Below are positions 50,123 to 61,027 of a DNA stretch of 64,000 bases, piece after piece. This DNA comes from Gemmatimonas sp. (lineage in GTDB: Bacteria; Gemmatimonadota; Gemmatimonadetes; Gemmatimonadales; Gemmatimonadaceae). The DNA lies in assembly GCA_965279375.1 (NCBI GenBank), contig OZ257156.1, positions 3,584,001 through 3,648,000 on the forward strand, written 5' to 3'. The notes beneath the pieces are model-generated. The model saw only the letters and a program-made list of their open reading frames with translations, did not search any database and had not been told where the DNA came from. The first letter of the stretch is position 1; the number at the start of each line of letters is the position of its first letter. The position numbers were made by a program, and so were the translations under genes.

Positions 50123-51367
50123 TTGCTCGACGTGTCCATCGAGGATGTCCGCACGCTGGTTGCAGAACGCCAGCGCTACGACGACTGGCTCGCTTCGCTC
50201 GACGCAAAGCGTGCCGACACGCCTGTGCGCGTCTTCGAACGCGTGTACGGCGACTACGCGGCGCGTCGCTCCGCGGTGGTGGAACGGCTGCGCGAGCATC
50301 TGGGGCCGCTGGCGTCGCTTGGAGCCGATCTCGACGCGCGCATTCAGGCGCTCGACTCGGAGCTCGCGACGCACGAAGACGAGCGAGCGGAAGCCATGCT
50401 GCGAACCGCGGTGGGTGAGTTCGACGCGGAGCGCTGGGAACTCGTGCGTCTCGAAGTCGAGGCGAGCATCGCGAAGCTCGAAACCCAGCGCGACGAACTT
50501 CGCGCCGAGATCGAGGATGTGCGATCGCTCCTCGCGAGTGCGCAGAGCGGCCAGGAACCGGAAATCGTTGACGATGTCGCCGAAGACGCGCTCGTTCCGA
50601 TCGAGGAGACTGCCGCCGTCGACGTGCCCGTCGTCACGCAGGCGCAGGCGGACGGAGCTGCAGATGGAGCCTCGGACGTTGTCGCCGACCAGTCGGTGAT
50701 CGACGATCCGGCGCTCGTGGCGGTGGTTTCGCCGACGCCCGCCGCGGATCTGCCAGCAGTCTTCGAAGCGGAGACGACCTCGGCGACGCCGAGCTTCCTC
50801 TCCGAGCTCGTGGCGCCTACGCCTTCAGCAACACCCGCTGTGTCGGAGATGGAGCCGATCGACGTAGGGGAGCCTGCGTGGCTGCTTCCGCAGACGTCGC
50901 CTCGCCCGGCGGCTGACACGACGCCCGTGTCGATCGAGTCGATCGCTGCGGCCGATGATCTCGACGGCACCGACTTCGATGATGCGCTCGCACTGTTCTC
51001 GCCGAGTCCGCGCCAGCCGGTTGACGAGCCGCCGCCATCGGACGGTCGGACGGTCAATCTCCTCGATCAGTACGCAGCGGAGGATGATCTCGTCGAGCGC
51101 GTGCTTCCGACCGGCTCCACGGGGCCTTTCAGCGAGTCAGCGACGGCTCCTGCAACCGCTCGCACGACGGACGACGCCGCGCGCGACCCGTTCGACGATC
51201 TCGCGTTCCTGCGCTCGGTCATCGACCCTGCCACGCAGGGCGGCAGCACTCGCAGCTCGGCGTCCGGCGAGCAGCAGAAGACTCTGCGCTGCACCGAGTG
51301 CGGCACGATGAACTTCCCGACCGAATGGTATTGCGAGCGATGCGGGGGCGAGCTGGCGGCGTTCTAG
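50123..51367 (+). CDS. Hypothetical protein: coiled coil + acidic disordered linker + C-terminal Cys4 zinc ribbon
   Basis: Heptad-rich N-terminus; D/E/P/A/T-rich middle; CTECG..N.PTEWYCERCG; GGAAGGAG SD before TTG. Confidence 0.72.
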   Translation: MLDVSIEDVRTLVAERQRYDDWLASLDAKRADTPVRVFERVYGDYAARRSAVVERLREHLGPLASLGADLDARIQALDSELATHEDERAEAMLRTAVGEFDAERWELVRLEVEASIAKLETQRDELRAEIEDVRSLLASAQSGQEPEIVDDVAEDALVPIEETAAVDVPVVTQAQADGAADGASDVVADQSVIDDPALVAVVSPTPAADLPAVFEAETTSATPSFLSELVAPTPSATPAVSEMEPIDVGEPAWLLPQTSPRPAADTTPVSIESIAAADDLDGTDFDDALALFSPSPRQPVDEPPPSDGRTVNLLDQYAAEDDLVERVLPTGSTGPFSESATAPATARTTDDAARDPFDDLAFLRSVIDPATQGGSTRSSASGEQQKTLRCTECGTMNFPTEWYCERCGGELAAF

Positions 51368-51393
51368 CGCCCACTCGACCTGCATGAAAACAG

Positions 51394-51426
51394 ACAGGGC
51401 CGGAATCCTAAGGATTCCGGCCCTGT
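51394..51426. terminator. Terminator hairpin between convergent genes (U-tract on the rpsT strand)
   Basis: Perfect inverted repeat ACAGGGCCGGAATCCT-A-AGGATTCCGGCCCTGT. Confidence 0.8.
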
Positions 51427-51450
51427 TGGCGTTACGGTGTGGCTCTAGAC

Positions 51451-51696
51451 TCAGGCGCTCTTCGCGGCGAGCTTTGCGATCTGGCTCTTCTGGCGGGCGG
51501 CCGTGTTGCGATGGATGAGCCCCTTGCGCGCCGAACGGTCGAGCAGCGAAACCGCGCTCAGCTGTTCGCCCGCATCCGCGCCCGCCGTCTTCGCCTTCTT
51601 GACGGCCGTACGCAGGGCAGACCGCTGCGCGCGATTGCGCACTGCCGCTGCACGCGACTTCCGCAGGTCCTTCTTCGAAGACTTGATATTCGGCAC
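51451..51696 (-). CDS. rpsT: 30S ribosomal protein S20
   Basis: PNIKSSKK....RN.AQRS.LRTAVKK, LDR.ARKGLIHRN.AAR.KS; GTG start after GGAG. Confidence 0.95.
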   Translation of the reverse strand: MPNIKSSKKDLRKSRAAAVRNRAQRSALRTAVKKAKTAGADAGEQLSAVSLLDRSARKGLIHRNTAARQKSQIAKLAAKSA

Positions 51697-51784
51697 GAAA
51701 AACTCTCCAGCTGCGTAGCAGAGAAACGGGACAGACCGGACGGACCGGCTCGATGGCGCCGAGACAATCGTCGGCAGACTGGGA

Positions 51785-51813
51785 AACGTATTACACGCCA
51801 GCACTTGGGTCAA
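51785..51813 (-). promoter_or_regulatory. Putative sigma70 promoter of rpsT
   Basis: TTGACC-N17-TACGTT on the minus strand. Confidence 0.6.
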
Positions 51814-51857
51814 GAACCCCCGAGCGATCCGAGGTCTGAAAGGTGGTCACGCAAATT

Positions 51858-51886
51858 TTGACACCCGGGTTGTCCACAACTACGTT
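51858..51886 (+). promoter_or_regulatory. Putative sigma70 promoter of the S2P-scpA-scpB-rluB operon, with a DnaA-box-like nonamer in the spacer
   Basis: TTGACA-N17-TACGTT; TTGTCCACA at 51870-51878. Confidence 0.65.
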
Positions 51887-51942
51887 GCAGTTCGGATTTG
51901 CTTGCAATCACCGGTCGTGAGACCCTTTGCCCCCCGCCGCGC

Positions 51943-52622
<680 letters not shown>

Positions 52623-52626
<4 letters not shown>

Positions 52627-53372
52627 TCGCTCCCAATTTTCGCGTCCTCGACGCGGACACTCCGACCTTCGTCGTTGAGCTGAGCCAGTTCACTGGTCCG
52701 CTCGATCTCCTGCTCTCGCTCATTCGCGACGAACAGGTGGACATCTACGACATTCCGATCGCGCGTATCGCCGAGCAGTTCCTCGCGCGCATCGGTTCGC
52801 TCGGTCTCGACGAGGCCGCTGACTACCTCGAAATGGCGGCACGCCTGCTCCGCATCAAGGCGCAGATGCTGCTGCCCAGAGCCGACGGCGAGGATCAGTG
52901 GGAGGATCCGCGCGCTGAGTTGGTACGTCGCTTGCTCGAGTATCAGCAGATGCGCGAGGTGGTCGACCTCCTCGAGCATCGTGGCGAGGAGCGTCGCCAC
53001 CAATTCAGCCGTCGTTGGGTGCCGCAGGCGGCGGACATCACACCGATTTCCGCTCCACTGTCACTGACCCTTGGCGAGCTGTTGTCTGCGGTGGATCGCG
53101 TGCTTCGTACCGCCAAGGAGCCTACGGTCCATGACGTCGTGCCGCGCGCCATCGACGTGGCCGGTGCGATGGGTACCATTCGCTCCGTGCTTGCACTGCG
53201 CCGCGATGCGCGTTGGTCCGATCTGATCGGTCGCGACGCCGAACCGTGGCAGATTCTCTCCGTGTTGCTCGCGTTGCTTGAAATGGCGAAGCTGGGTGAA
53301 TTGCGGATCGCGCAGCCCCGTCCCTTTGCCTCTGTGGAGATCCGCCGTGACGCCATTAGCGAAGCTGCTTGA
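52623..53372 (+). CDS. scpA: Segregation/condensation protein A (kleisin)
   Basis: F.GPLDLLLSLI...VDIYDIPI, MAA.LLRIK..MLLP, DPR.ELV.RLLEY, LALLEMAK. Confidence 0.94.
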
Positions 53373-53898
53373 AGCGGCGCTGTTCGCCGCACCTCGTCCG
53401 ATTCCTCTCGAGGCGTTGGCCGCGCTCGATACCGAGTCGAGTCTGGCCGCAGTCGCGTCAGCGTTGGACGAGTTGCGCGAGCACTACGATGTGGACGGTC
53501 ATGGCGTAGAGCTGGTGGAGCAGGGCGGTGGTTGGCAGATCCTCACGCGCGCCGAGTACGCTGAAGCGATTGAGCGGGCGCAGGTGGCCGTACGCCCGCA
53601 GCGACTGTCCGCGGCCGCGCTAGAAACGATGGCGATCATCGCGTATCGCCAGCCGATCGGTCGCGCCGAAATCGAAGAGATTCGTGGTGTGGCGGTGGGC
53701 AGCGTACTCAAGTCGCTGCACGAGCGTGGGCTGATCGACATCGTCGGTCGCAGCGAAGGCATCGGTCGTCCGTTGCTGTATGGCACCACGGCGCAGTTTC
53801 TCGAGCAGTTTGGATTGCGACACCTCGAAGAGCTGCCGCGCGCCGATGAATTGGCGATCGCGCTTCGAGGGGCGGGCAATTCCGTCATCGCCGAGTGA
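53347..53898 (+). CDS. scpB: Segregation/condensation protein B
   Basis: LEAALFA, LSAAALET.AIIAYRQP..RAEIEEIRGV, GRPLLYGTT..FL..FGL..L.ELP. Confidence 0.95.
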   Translation: MTPLAKLLEAALFAAPRPIPLEALAALDTESSLAAVASALDELREHYDVDGHGVELVEQGGGWQILTRAEYAEAIERAQVAVRPQRLSAAALETMAIIAYRQPIGRAEIEEIRGVAVGSVLKSLHERGLIDIVGRSEGIGRPLLYGTTAQFLEQFGLRHLEELPRADELAIALRGAGNSVIAE

Positions 53899-54911
53899 CG
53901 CGCGGCGACGGACGACCAGGAGACGGACGATCAGGGAAGGATCGGCGCAGCGAACAGCCACGCGGTGAGCAGGGACGTGCGGATCGACCGCGAGGCGCCG
54001 GCGGGCCCTCCGGGCCGCGAAAGCCCAAGTCCAGCGCCAATCCGGCGTCGCGCTCGAATGCGCCGGTAAAGACACCGCCACGTCCCGCGGATGACCGTCC
54101 GGCTCGCGCGCGAAGGCCGGCGCCCAAGCGCGCTGCGCCGGCTGTGGCTGGTGCAGGTGGCGCAGGCGGCACGGTGCCGGGCGAGGCGGAAGGACCGATG
54201 CGCGTGCAGCGCGCCGTGGCGCGCGCGGGGCTCGCCTCACGTCGAGAGGCGGATCGTGCAGTCGCCGAGGGTCGCGTTCGAGTGAACGGCGAAGTGGCGG
54301 TGATCGGGCAGGTGGTCGATCCCGCGAAGGACGTCATCACGCTCGACGGCGATGCGGTGCGCGTGAATCTCACGCAGCAACGCTGGATCGTGCTGCACAA
54401 GCCGGCCGCGATCATGACCACGCGCAAGGATCCGCAGGGACGCGCGACCGTCTTCGATTTGGTGCACAAGGTGCCGGGACTCGTGTACGTCGGCCGGCTC
54501 GACTACATGACGGAGGGCGTGCTGCTGCTCACGACGGACGGCCGCGCCGCGCATGCGCTGACGCACCCGAGCAACGAAGTGGAGCGCACCTACGTCGCGA
54601 CGGTGCGAGGCGATGCGGCAGCGGCCGTGCGAGAAGCTCGTCACGGCGTGCAGTTGGAGGATGGTCTGGTCGTGCCGCGCGACGTGAGTGCGACGCCGCT
54701 GGGCAATCGTCGTTGGGCGTTTCAGGTGACGATCGCCGAAGGGAAGACGCACGAGGTTAGACGCATGTGCGACGCGTTGGGACTCGAGGTGGAGCGTCTG
54801 GTGCGGACCAGTTTCGGTCCGGTGAAGCTGGGCGACCTTCCGCCCGGCGAGACGCGCGCGTTGACCACCAAGGAGCGCGAGATTCTCGACGCGCTGATCG
54901 GCTCCGCGTAG
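53895..54911 (+). CDS. rluB: rRNA pseudouridine synthase (RluB/RsuA family) with S4 domain and N-terminal low-complexity extension
   Basis: AGLASRREAD, VGRLDYMTEGVLLLT.DG, EGKTHEVRRM; follows scpB. Confidence 0.85.
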   Translation: MTRGDGRPGDGRSGKDRRSEQPRGEQGRADRPRGAGGPSGPRKPKSSANPASRSNAPVKTPPRPADDRPARARRPAPKRAAPAVAGAGGAGGTVPGEAEGPMRVQRAVARAGLASRREADRAVAEGRVRVNGEVAVIGQVVDPAKDVITLDGDAVRVNLTQQRWIVLHKPAAIMTTRKDPQGRATVFDLVHKVPGLVYVGRLDYMTEGVLLLTTDGRAAHALTHPSNEVERTYVATVRGDAAAAVREARHGVQLEDGLVVPRDVSATPLGNRRWAFQVTIAEGKTHEVRRMCDALGLEVERLVRTSFGPVKLGDLPPGETRALTTKEREILDALIGSA

Positions 54912-55097
54912 GCAAGACGCCGTCGCGCGGAGCTTCTTTGGGGCTCGCGGGGTACAGCGCCGTCGTGTGACCTGCGATGTGTCGCGCGACCAGTCCGTCT
55001 GGTTACACTTCGGAATCGCCAGCACGCCGCGCCCTCGCATTCGTAAGGCCGCGTGGCAGTGTTGACCGGCTATGACACTACCCAGGAGCAGGACGAC

Positions 55098-56072
55098 GTG
55101 ACGACCAGCGTTTCCGCGACGGCTGATACTGCGCTCGTGCAGGGGGTCCTGCGCGAAGTCGCGCGCCGCATCGTCGGCCAGGAGTACATGGTCGAACGGC
55201 TTCTGATCAGTCTTCTCACGGGCGGCCATGTGCTGCTGGAAGGCGTGCCCGGGCTGGCCAAGACGCTCACGGTGCGCACACTGGCCGAAACGGTGCGGAC
55301 GACGTTCCAGCGCATTCAGTTCACGCCGGACCTGCTGCCTGCCGACGTGGTCGGCACGCAGATCTTCGATCAGCCGAGCGGTGAGTTCCGTGTGAAGCAC
55401 GGACCGATCTTCGCGAACATCATCCTAGCCGACGAAATCAATCGTGCGCCGGCCAAGGTGCAGGCGGCACTGCTGGAAGCGATGCAGGAAAAGCAGGTCA
55501 CCATCGGCGGCGCGACGTACAAGTTGGCGGAGCCGTTCTTGGTGCTGGCTACGCAGAACCCCATCGAGCAGGAAGGCACGTACCCGCTGCCTGAGGCGCA
55601 GGTGGATCGGTTCATGTTCAAGCTGCGCGTGGGCTACCCGACGCGCGGCGAAGAGAAGGAGATCCTGCGCCGCATGGCCGGCGGCGACAAGGTCACCGTC
55701 GCCCCGGTGGCGTCGCCGGAAGATCTGCTCGACGCGCGTCGTCGCATCGCGGAGCTGTACATGGACGAGCGCATCGTCGACTACATCGTCGATCTGGTGC
55801 ATGCGACGCGTGTGCCCGCAGACGTAGGCGCTCCGGATCTCAAGCCATTGATCGAGTTCGGTGCAAGCCCGCGTGCGACGATTGCGCTGGCGCAGGCCTC
55901 CCGCGCACATGCGTTCCTGCGCGGCCGCTCGTTCGTCACGCCCGATGACGTGAAGAGCATCGCGCCCGACGTGTTGCGACACCGCGTGTTGACCTCGTTC
56001 GAGGCCGACGCCGAGGGTGTCACCAGTGATACGATCGTCGAGCGATTGCTGGCCACCGTCGAGACGCCCTGA
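55098..56072 (+). CDS. moxR: MoxR-family AAA+ ATPase
   Basis: LLEGVPGLAKT, RIQFTPDLLPAD, DEINRAPAKVQAALLEAM, QNPIEQEGTYPLPEAQ.DRF. Confidence 0.95.
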   Translation: MTTSVSATADTALVQGVLREVARRIVGQEYMVERLLISLLTGGHVLLEGVPGLAKTLTVRTLAETVRTTFQRIQFTPDLLPADVVGTQIFDQPSGEFRVKHGPIFANIILADEINRAPAKVQAALLEAMQEKQVTIGGATYKLAEPFLVLATQNPIEQEGTYPLPEAQVDRFMFKLRVGYPTRGEEKEILRRMAGGDKVTVAPVASPEDLLDARRRIAELYMDERIVDYIVDLVHATRVPADVGAPDLKPLIEFGASPRATIALAQASRAHAFLRGRSFVTPDDVKSIAPDVLRHRVLTSFEADAEGVTSDTIVERLLATVETP

Positions 56073-56077
56073 CCGGA

Positions 56078-57181
56078 GTGGCGCGTTCCACCTCGCCCTC
56101 GACGAGTAGCTCGGCTGCGGTGACGTCGGCGGCTCCCGCCACTGTCGTGCCCATGACCGCGGCGGCCGTCACGGCCGTCGCGCCGGCGGACGTCCTGCGC
56201 CAGGTCAAGCGCATCGAACTCCGCACGCGCCGTCTCGTCGATTCGAGCTTTGCCGGCGAGTATCGCTCGCTCTTCAAGGGGCAAGGGATGGAGTTCGCCG
56301 AGGTGCGCGAATATCAGCCCGGTGACGAGGTGCGATCGATCGACTGGAACGTGTCGGCGCGCATGGGACGTCCGTTCGTCAAGCGCTACGTGGAAGAGCG
56401 CGAGCTGACGATCATGCTGGCGATCGACCTGTCCGGCTCGTCGCGCTTTGGCACGCGCGCACGCTTCAAGCACGATCTCGCAATCGAGTTGTCTGGTGTC
56501 CTGGCGCTCGCGGCCACGCGCAACAACGATCGCGTCGGCATGATGTTGTTCACCGATCGTGTCGAGCATGCGTTGCCCGCGCGAAAGGGGCGCAAACATG
56601 CGTTGCGTCTGATTCGCGATCTCATCGCCACCAATCCGGTTGGTCGCGGCACGTCGTTCGAAGGGTCGGTGGATCGGCTGATGCGACTGCTGCCGCACCG
56701 GTCGGTGATTTTTCTCTGCTCGGATTTTGTCGCCGACGATCTCGAGAAGCCACTCGCACGTCTGGCGCAGCGGCACGATGTGATTGCCGTGACGCTGGAA
56801 GATCCGGTGGAACGCACGCTCCCCGATATCGGTGCTGCGCGCTTTGAAGATCCCGAGACGGGGGCGCGCATCGAAGTGGACACCTCCAATCCGCTCGTGC
56901 GCGCGTCCTTCGCGCGAAAGGTCGCCGAGGCGGATGCGGCACGTCGATCGCTGTTCGGCCGACTGGGACTCGACGAGATCGTTGTGCATACGGAGCATGG
57001 CTACGTCGACGCCTTGTTGGCGTTTTTCCGTGCGCGCGCGCGTCGTCCACACGGCGCGGTGCGAACGGGCCCGCGGGGCTTGATGGGCGATGCCGCTGGT
57101 CGCGACGTGCCGCCTGCTCGCCCGTCGAATGTTGCTGCCGCTGTACCGAAGGGTGCGCGATCGGCGGGCGCGCGCGCGTGA
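56078..57181 (+). CDS. DUF58 family protein
   Basis: G.GMEFAEVREYQPGDEVRSIDWNVSAR, EEREL, SDF. Confidence 0.92.
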   Translation: MARSTSPSTSSSAAVTSAAPATVVPMTAAAVTAVAPADVLRQVKRIELRTRRLVDSSFAGEYRSLFKGQGMEFAEVREYQPGDEVRSIDWNVSARMGRPFVKRYVEERELTIMLAIDLSGSSRFGTRARFKHDLAIELSGVLALAATRNNDRVGMMLFTDRVEHALPARKGRKHALRLIRDLIATNPVGRGTSFEGSVDRLMRLLPHRSVIFLCSDFVADDLEKPLARLAQRHDVIAVTLEDPVERTLPDIGAARFEDPETGARIEVDTSNPLVRASFARKVAEADAARRSLFGRLGLDEIVVHTEHGYVDALLAFFRARARRPHGAVRTGPRGLMGDAAGRDVPPARPSNVAAAVPKGARSAGARA

Positions 57182-58308
57182 TCATGCGGCGACGCTGGAC
57201 GGCATGCGCTGCAGCGGTCTGCGCCATGGCGGCCCTGCTGCCGTTCGCGTCGCGCTCGGCGGCGGCGCAGGACAGCACTGCTGTGGGCTCGCTTCCGCTC
57301 GGCCCGACGCCGTTGCGCGCGGGCACGTTGGTGAGGCCTGATACGGTGCGCGTCGGTGATCGATTCGTGCTGGTGGTGTCGATTCAGGTGCCCAACAGTG
57401 CGCGCATCGAGTGGGGAGCGATCACCGACTCGTCGGCGGTCGTGGCGATGCGTTCGCCAGCGCGCGTGCGCAGTACGCCCCAGGGAGCGGTGCGACTCGA
57501 GACCGCTACGTACGACCTGGCCGCGTGGGACGTGGGCACGCTTCCCATCGGCATGCCCGACGCCAAGGTACACATCGGTGCGCAGACCACGCTGGTGCCG
57601 CTGCGCAGTGCGCGCGTGATCGTGAAGTCGGTGCTGACGGGCGACTCGACACTCCGCACGCCCAAGCCGGCAAAGGATCTCTTCCCGCGCATCGTGCCGT
57701 GGTGGGAGGCGTGGTGGGTCGCCGCGCTGGTGGTCGCTGGACTGTTGCTGCTGTGGTGGATCTGGCGCCGACGAAAGCGTGTCGGCGCGGGCGGCGCGCG
57801 CGAGGGCCTCGATGTGTACGCGCGTGCGCTGCACGACTTCGAACGCCTGGAGCGCCTCGCGCTGGCCGACGCGGGCGAAGGTGGACGCTACGTCGCACTC
57901 GCGGTCGAAGTGATGCGCACGTATCTCGGCGTGCGCGTCCCGAGTGCTGCGCTGTCGCTGACCTCGTCCGAATTGGCCGTAGTGTTGGCTGATGACATTC
58001 GCGTGCCCATCGCGCCGATGCTGTTGCTTCTCGAAGAGGCTGACGGGATCAAGTTCGCCCGTCGAGCGGTGACCACTGTGCGCGCACGGCAGCTGGCGAC
58101 TGACGCGCGGGCGATCGTCGAACAAATCGAGCGCGCGGAGCAGGCGCGTCGTGCGGCTGAAGACGCGCGGCGAAAGGCGGAGGAACAGGCGAAGCGTACC
58201 GAGGCGCAGGCGGCGGACGACGAGGCGCGCCGTCGGTCTCAGTCGAAGGCCGGGCGCTCGAAGGCCGAGCCGCCCACATCTGATCGCCCGACGTCCGGGG
58301 TGTCATGA
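57178..58308 (+). CDS. Membrane-anchored hypothetical protein of the MoxR/Bat cluster
   Basis: Signal peptide, Ig-like V.VGD.F motif, TM followed by RRRKR, ADGIKFAR motif; cluster position. Confidence 0.65.
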   Translation: MIMRRRWTACAAAVCAMAALLPFASRSAAAQDSTAVGSLPLGPTPLRAGTLVRPDTVRVGDRFVLVVSIQVPNSARIEWGAITDSSAVVAMRSPARVRSTPQGAVRLETATYDLAAWDVGTLPIGMPDAKVHIGAQTTLVPLRSARVIVKSVLTGDSTLRTPKPAKDLFPRIVPWWEAWWVAALVVAGLLLLWWIWRRRKRVGAGGAREGLDVYARALHDFERLERLALADAGEGGRYVALAVEVMRTYLGVRVPSAALSLTSSELAVVLADDIRVPIAPMLLLLEEADGIKFARRAVTTVRARQLATDARAIVEQIERAEQARRAAEDARRKAEEQAKRTEAQAADDEARRRSQSKAGRSKAEPPTSDRPTSGVS

Positions 58309-59360
58309 ACGCACTCATCGAACGTTGGGACGCGATCGATTGGGCCGCGATCCGCTCCACGGACCTGACTGTCTTAGGCATCAGTTTCGCGCATCCATGG
58401 CTGCTGCTGTTGCTGCTGGTGCTTCCGCTCTGGTCGTGGTGGCGTCGGCGTCGTACGAGCCAGCAGGAGGCGATTCCGTTCTCGCGTGTGGCGCTGCTGG
58501 CGGCGGGACCGCGGCCGCGTTTGCCGTGGGTGTCGCTGCTGCCATGGCTGCGCGTCATCGCGTTGGCGGGCTTCATCGTGGCGGCTGCTCAACCGCGGTC
58601 TGGTGCGCGCGCCGAAAACGTGTCGAACGAGGGCATCGATATCGCGCTGGCGGTGGACATCTCGAGTTCAATGCTGGCGGAAGACTTCCAACCGCAGAAC
58701 CGCATCGAGGTCGCGAAGGACAAGGTCAAACGCTTCGTGCTGGGCCGAAAGACGGATCGCGTGGGGCTCGTGGCGTTCTCCGGCGAGGCACTCACGCAGG
58801 TGCCGCTGACGACGGACTATCCCGTGGTGCTGGCGGCCATCGACAACCTGCAGGTAGGCCAGTTGGAAGACGGCACGGCCATCGGCACCGCGATCGCGAC
58901 GGCCGCGAATCGGTTGCGCACAGCGCCCGGGCGATCGCGCGTGATGGTCGTGCTGACGGATGGCGAGAACAATCGTGGAGCCATCGATCCGCGTACCGCG
59001 GCGCAGGCCGCGTCGGCGTTTGGCATTCGCATTTATACGATTGGCGTGGGTACCGAGGGCATGGCCGCCGTGCCCGTCGGTCGCGGCCTGTTTGGCCTGC
59101 GCTACGAGAATCGGCCCGTCAAGATTGACGAGCCGCTGCTGACGGAGATCGCCACGAGTACGGGCGGCCGCTACTTCCGTGCGCGCGATGGTGAAGCGCT
59201 GCAGCGCATCTACGAACAGATCGACACGCTCGAGCGCTCCATCGTGGCGACGCGGTCGTTCATTCGCTATACCGAGCGCTTTCGCTGGCCGTTGGCGGCC
59301 GGACTGGCGGCGCTGCTGCTCGAACTGCTGTTGCTCGCGCGTCGAGGCGTGTTGCCATGA
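58305..59360 (+). CDS. von Willebrand factor A domain protein (BatA-like)
   Basis: FAHPWLL, MIDAS DISSSMLAEDF.P.NR, GTAIG.AIA, LTDGENN.G, YTIGVG. Confidence 0.9.
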   Translation: MNALIERWDAIDWAAIRSTDLTVLGISFAHPWLLLLLLVLPLWSWWRRRRTSQQEAIPFSRVALLAAGPRPRLPWVSLLPWLRVIALAGFIVAAAQPRSGARAENVSNEGIDIALAVDISSSMLAEDFQPQNRIEVAKDKVKRFVLGRKTDRVGLVAFSGEALTQVPLTTDYPVVLAAIDNLQVGQLEDGTAIGTAIATAANRLRTAPGRSRVMVVLTDGENNRGAIDPRTAAQAASAFGIRIYTIGVGTEGMAAVPVGRGLFGLRYENRPVKIDEPLLTEIATSTGGRYFRARDGEALQRIYEQIDTLERSIVATRSFIRYTERFRWPLAAGLAALLLELLLLARRGVLP

Positions 59361-61027
59361 GCAGTCTGCCGACGCTCATCTTCGATATGCCGTGGATGCT
59401 CATCGCGGCCGTGTTGCTGCCGCTGTGCGTGTTGGCATTGGGCATGGCGCGCTCCACGCAGCGTCGCGCGCGTCTCGCGCGCTACGCCGATGCGTCGGCG
59501 CTCAAGCGACTGATGCGTGTCGCCGGCGACAGTGCAACGGCGCGAACCACGCGGCTCGTGCTCGTGGCGCTGCTGGCTGGAGCCGCGATGGCTGGGCCGC
59601 GGTGGGGATTGGCGCGCGGCCCCACGACAGCGCGCGGTATCGACATGGCGATCGCACTCGATGCGTCGCTCTCCATGACCGCTGCGGACGAGCGCCCATC
59701 TCGCCTGGAGCGGATGAAGCAGGAAGTGCGCCGATTGCGTGCGATGTCGCATGCGGACCGCGTTGCACTGATCGCGTTCGCCGGTCGCAGCTACATACTC
59801 ACGCCGCTGACCGGCGATGACGGCGCGATCGAGCTCTTTCTCGACAATCTGGATCCCAACGTCGTCGGACAGGCCGGCAGTTCGATTGCTCGCGCGATGC
59901 GACAGGGCACAGAACTCCTGCTTGCCAGCGATGGCAGCGCCGATCGCGCGCTCGTGCTCATGAGCGACGGTGAAGCATTCGAGCCGGCTGAGGATATTCA
60001 GGCCGCGGCCACTGAAGCCGGCAAGCGCGGCATCAGTGTGGTGACGGTGGGCTTTGGCACGGTGGCCGGCACCACGATCCCCATCGTGGACGGGAGCGTG
60101 ACGCGCGAGAAGCGCGATGACGAAGGCAATGTTGTCATCACGAAATACAACCCCGAGTTGCTCAAGAGCGCGGCCGCCGCGGCCAACGGCACGTTCATTC
60201 CGGCGGAAGCGTCCGACAAGGCAACGCGTGTTCGCGCTGCACTGCGCACGTTGCGCACCGCGCGTCGGCAGGTGGATACGCGCGAAGATCACGTACCGCG
60301 TTTCCTGTGGCTGCTAATTCCTGCGCTGCTGCTTTTGTTGTGGGACAGCTGGATCATGTCGCGTGGCGCGAAACGCGTGCGCAGTCGCGTCCCGGCCGGT
60401 ACGGCGGCCGCGGCGATGGTCTGGCTGCTGCCTCTACTCGGCATCGGCTGCGCGAGTCCACCCGATCCAGCCAAGCTCTTTGCCGACGGTGATATCGCCG
60501 GCGCGATTACTGCGCTGCGTGCGCTGGTGCAGGACGGCGATTCCACCGCAATGACGCGCTACAATCTCGGATCGGCGCTGCTCGGCGCGGACTCCCTCAA
60601 AGAATCCAGTGAGCTGCTCGAGGCGGTGCGTCGATCGGCCGACGGCGAAGTGCGCATGCGCGCACGCTTCAACGCAGGATTGGCGGCGCTCAAGAGCGGT
60701 CTCATTTCGGGAAATCCTGAAGCGGAGCAGTCACTTGCGGCCGCGCGCGCGGCGTATCGCGCGTATCTCGCCGAGCGTCCGGACGATCTGGATGCGAAGT
60801 GGAACTACGAGCTCGCGCTTCGTCATCCGCCCCCGCAGAGCGGTGGAGGAGGCGGAGGCGGTGGCGGCAATCAGCAGAACCCGGAGGCTCCACAGCCGCA
60901 GGGCCAGGGCGGTCTCGATCAGAAGCAGGCGGAAGCGCTGCTCAACAGCGCCGCGCGCGAGGAGCGTGACGTGCAGGGGCGCAAGCAGCGTACGGGACGC
61001 ACGCCGCCCGGCGGAAAGGATTGGTGA
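59357..61027 (+). CDS. vWA + TPR protein (BatB-BatC-like fusion)
   Basis: DASLSM...P.RLE, PLT.D, MSDGE; later YNLG.A, AKWNYELA and a Gly/Gln-rich tail ending KDW. Confidence 0.8.
   Translation: MSSLPTLIFDMPWMLIAAVLLPLCVLALGMARSTQRRARLARYADASALKRLMRVAGDSATARTTRLVLVALLAGAAMAGPRWGLARGPTTARGIDMAIALDASLSMTAADERPSRLERMKQEVRRLRAMSHADRVALIAFAGRSYILTPLTGDDGAIELFLDNLDPNVVGQAGSSIARAMRQGTELLLASDGSADRALVLMSDGEAFEPAEDIQAAATEAGKRGISVVTVGFGTVAGTTIPIVDGSVTREKRDDEGNVVITKYNPELLKSAAAAANGTFIPAEASDKATRVRAALRTLRTARRQVDTREDHVPRFLWLLIPALLLLLWDSWIMSRGAKRVRSRVPAGTAAAAMVWLLPLLGIGCASPPDPAKLFADGDIAGAITALRALVQDGDSTAMTRYNLGSALLGADSLKESSELLEAVRRSADGEVRMRARFNAGLAALKSGLISGNPEAEQSLAAARAAYRAYLAERPDDLDAKWNYELALRHPPPQSGGGGGGGGGNQQNPEAPQPQGQGGLDQKQAEALLNSAAREERDVQGRKQRTGRTPPGGKDW

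Noticed and set aside
60842..60870. GGN-rich low-complexity tract
   Set aside because: It encodes the poly-Gly linker of the BatC-like tail; not an independent repeat element.
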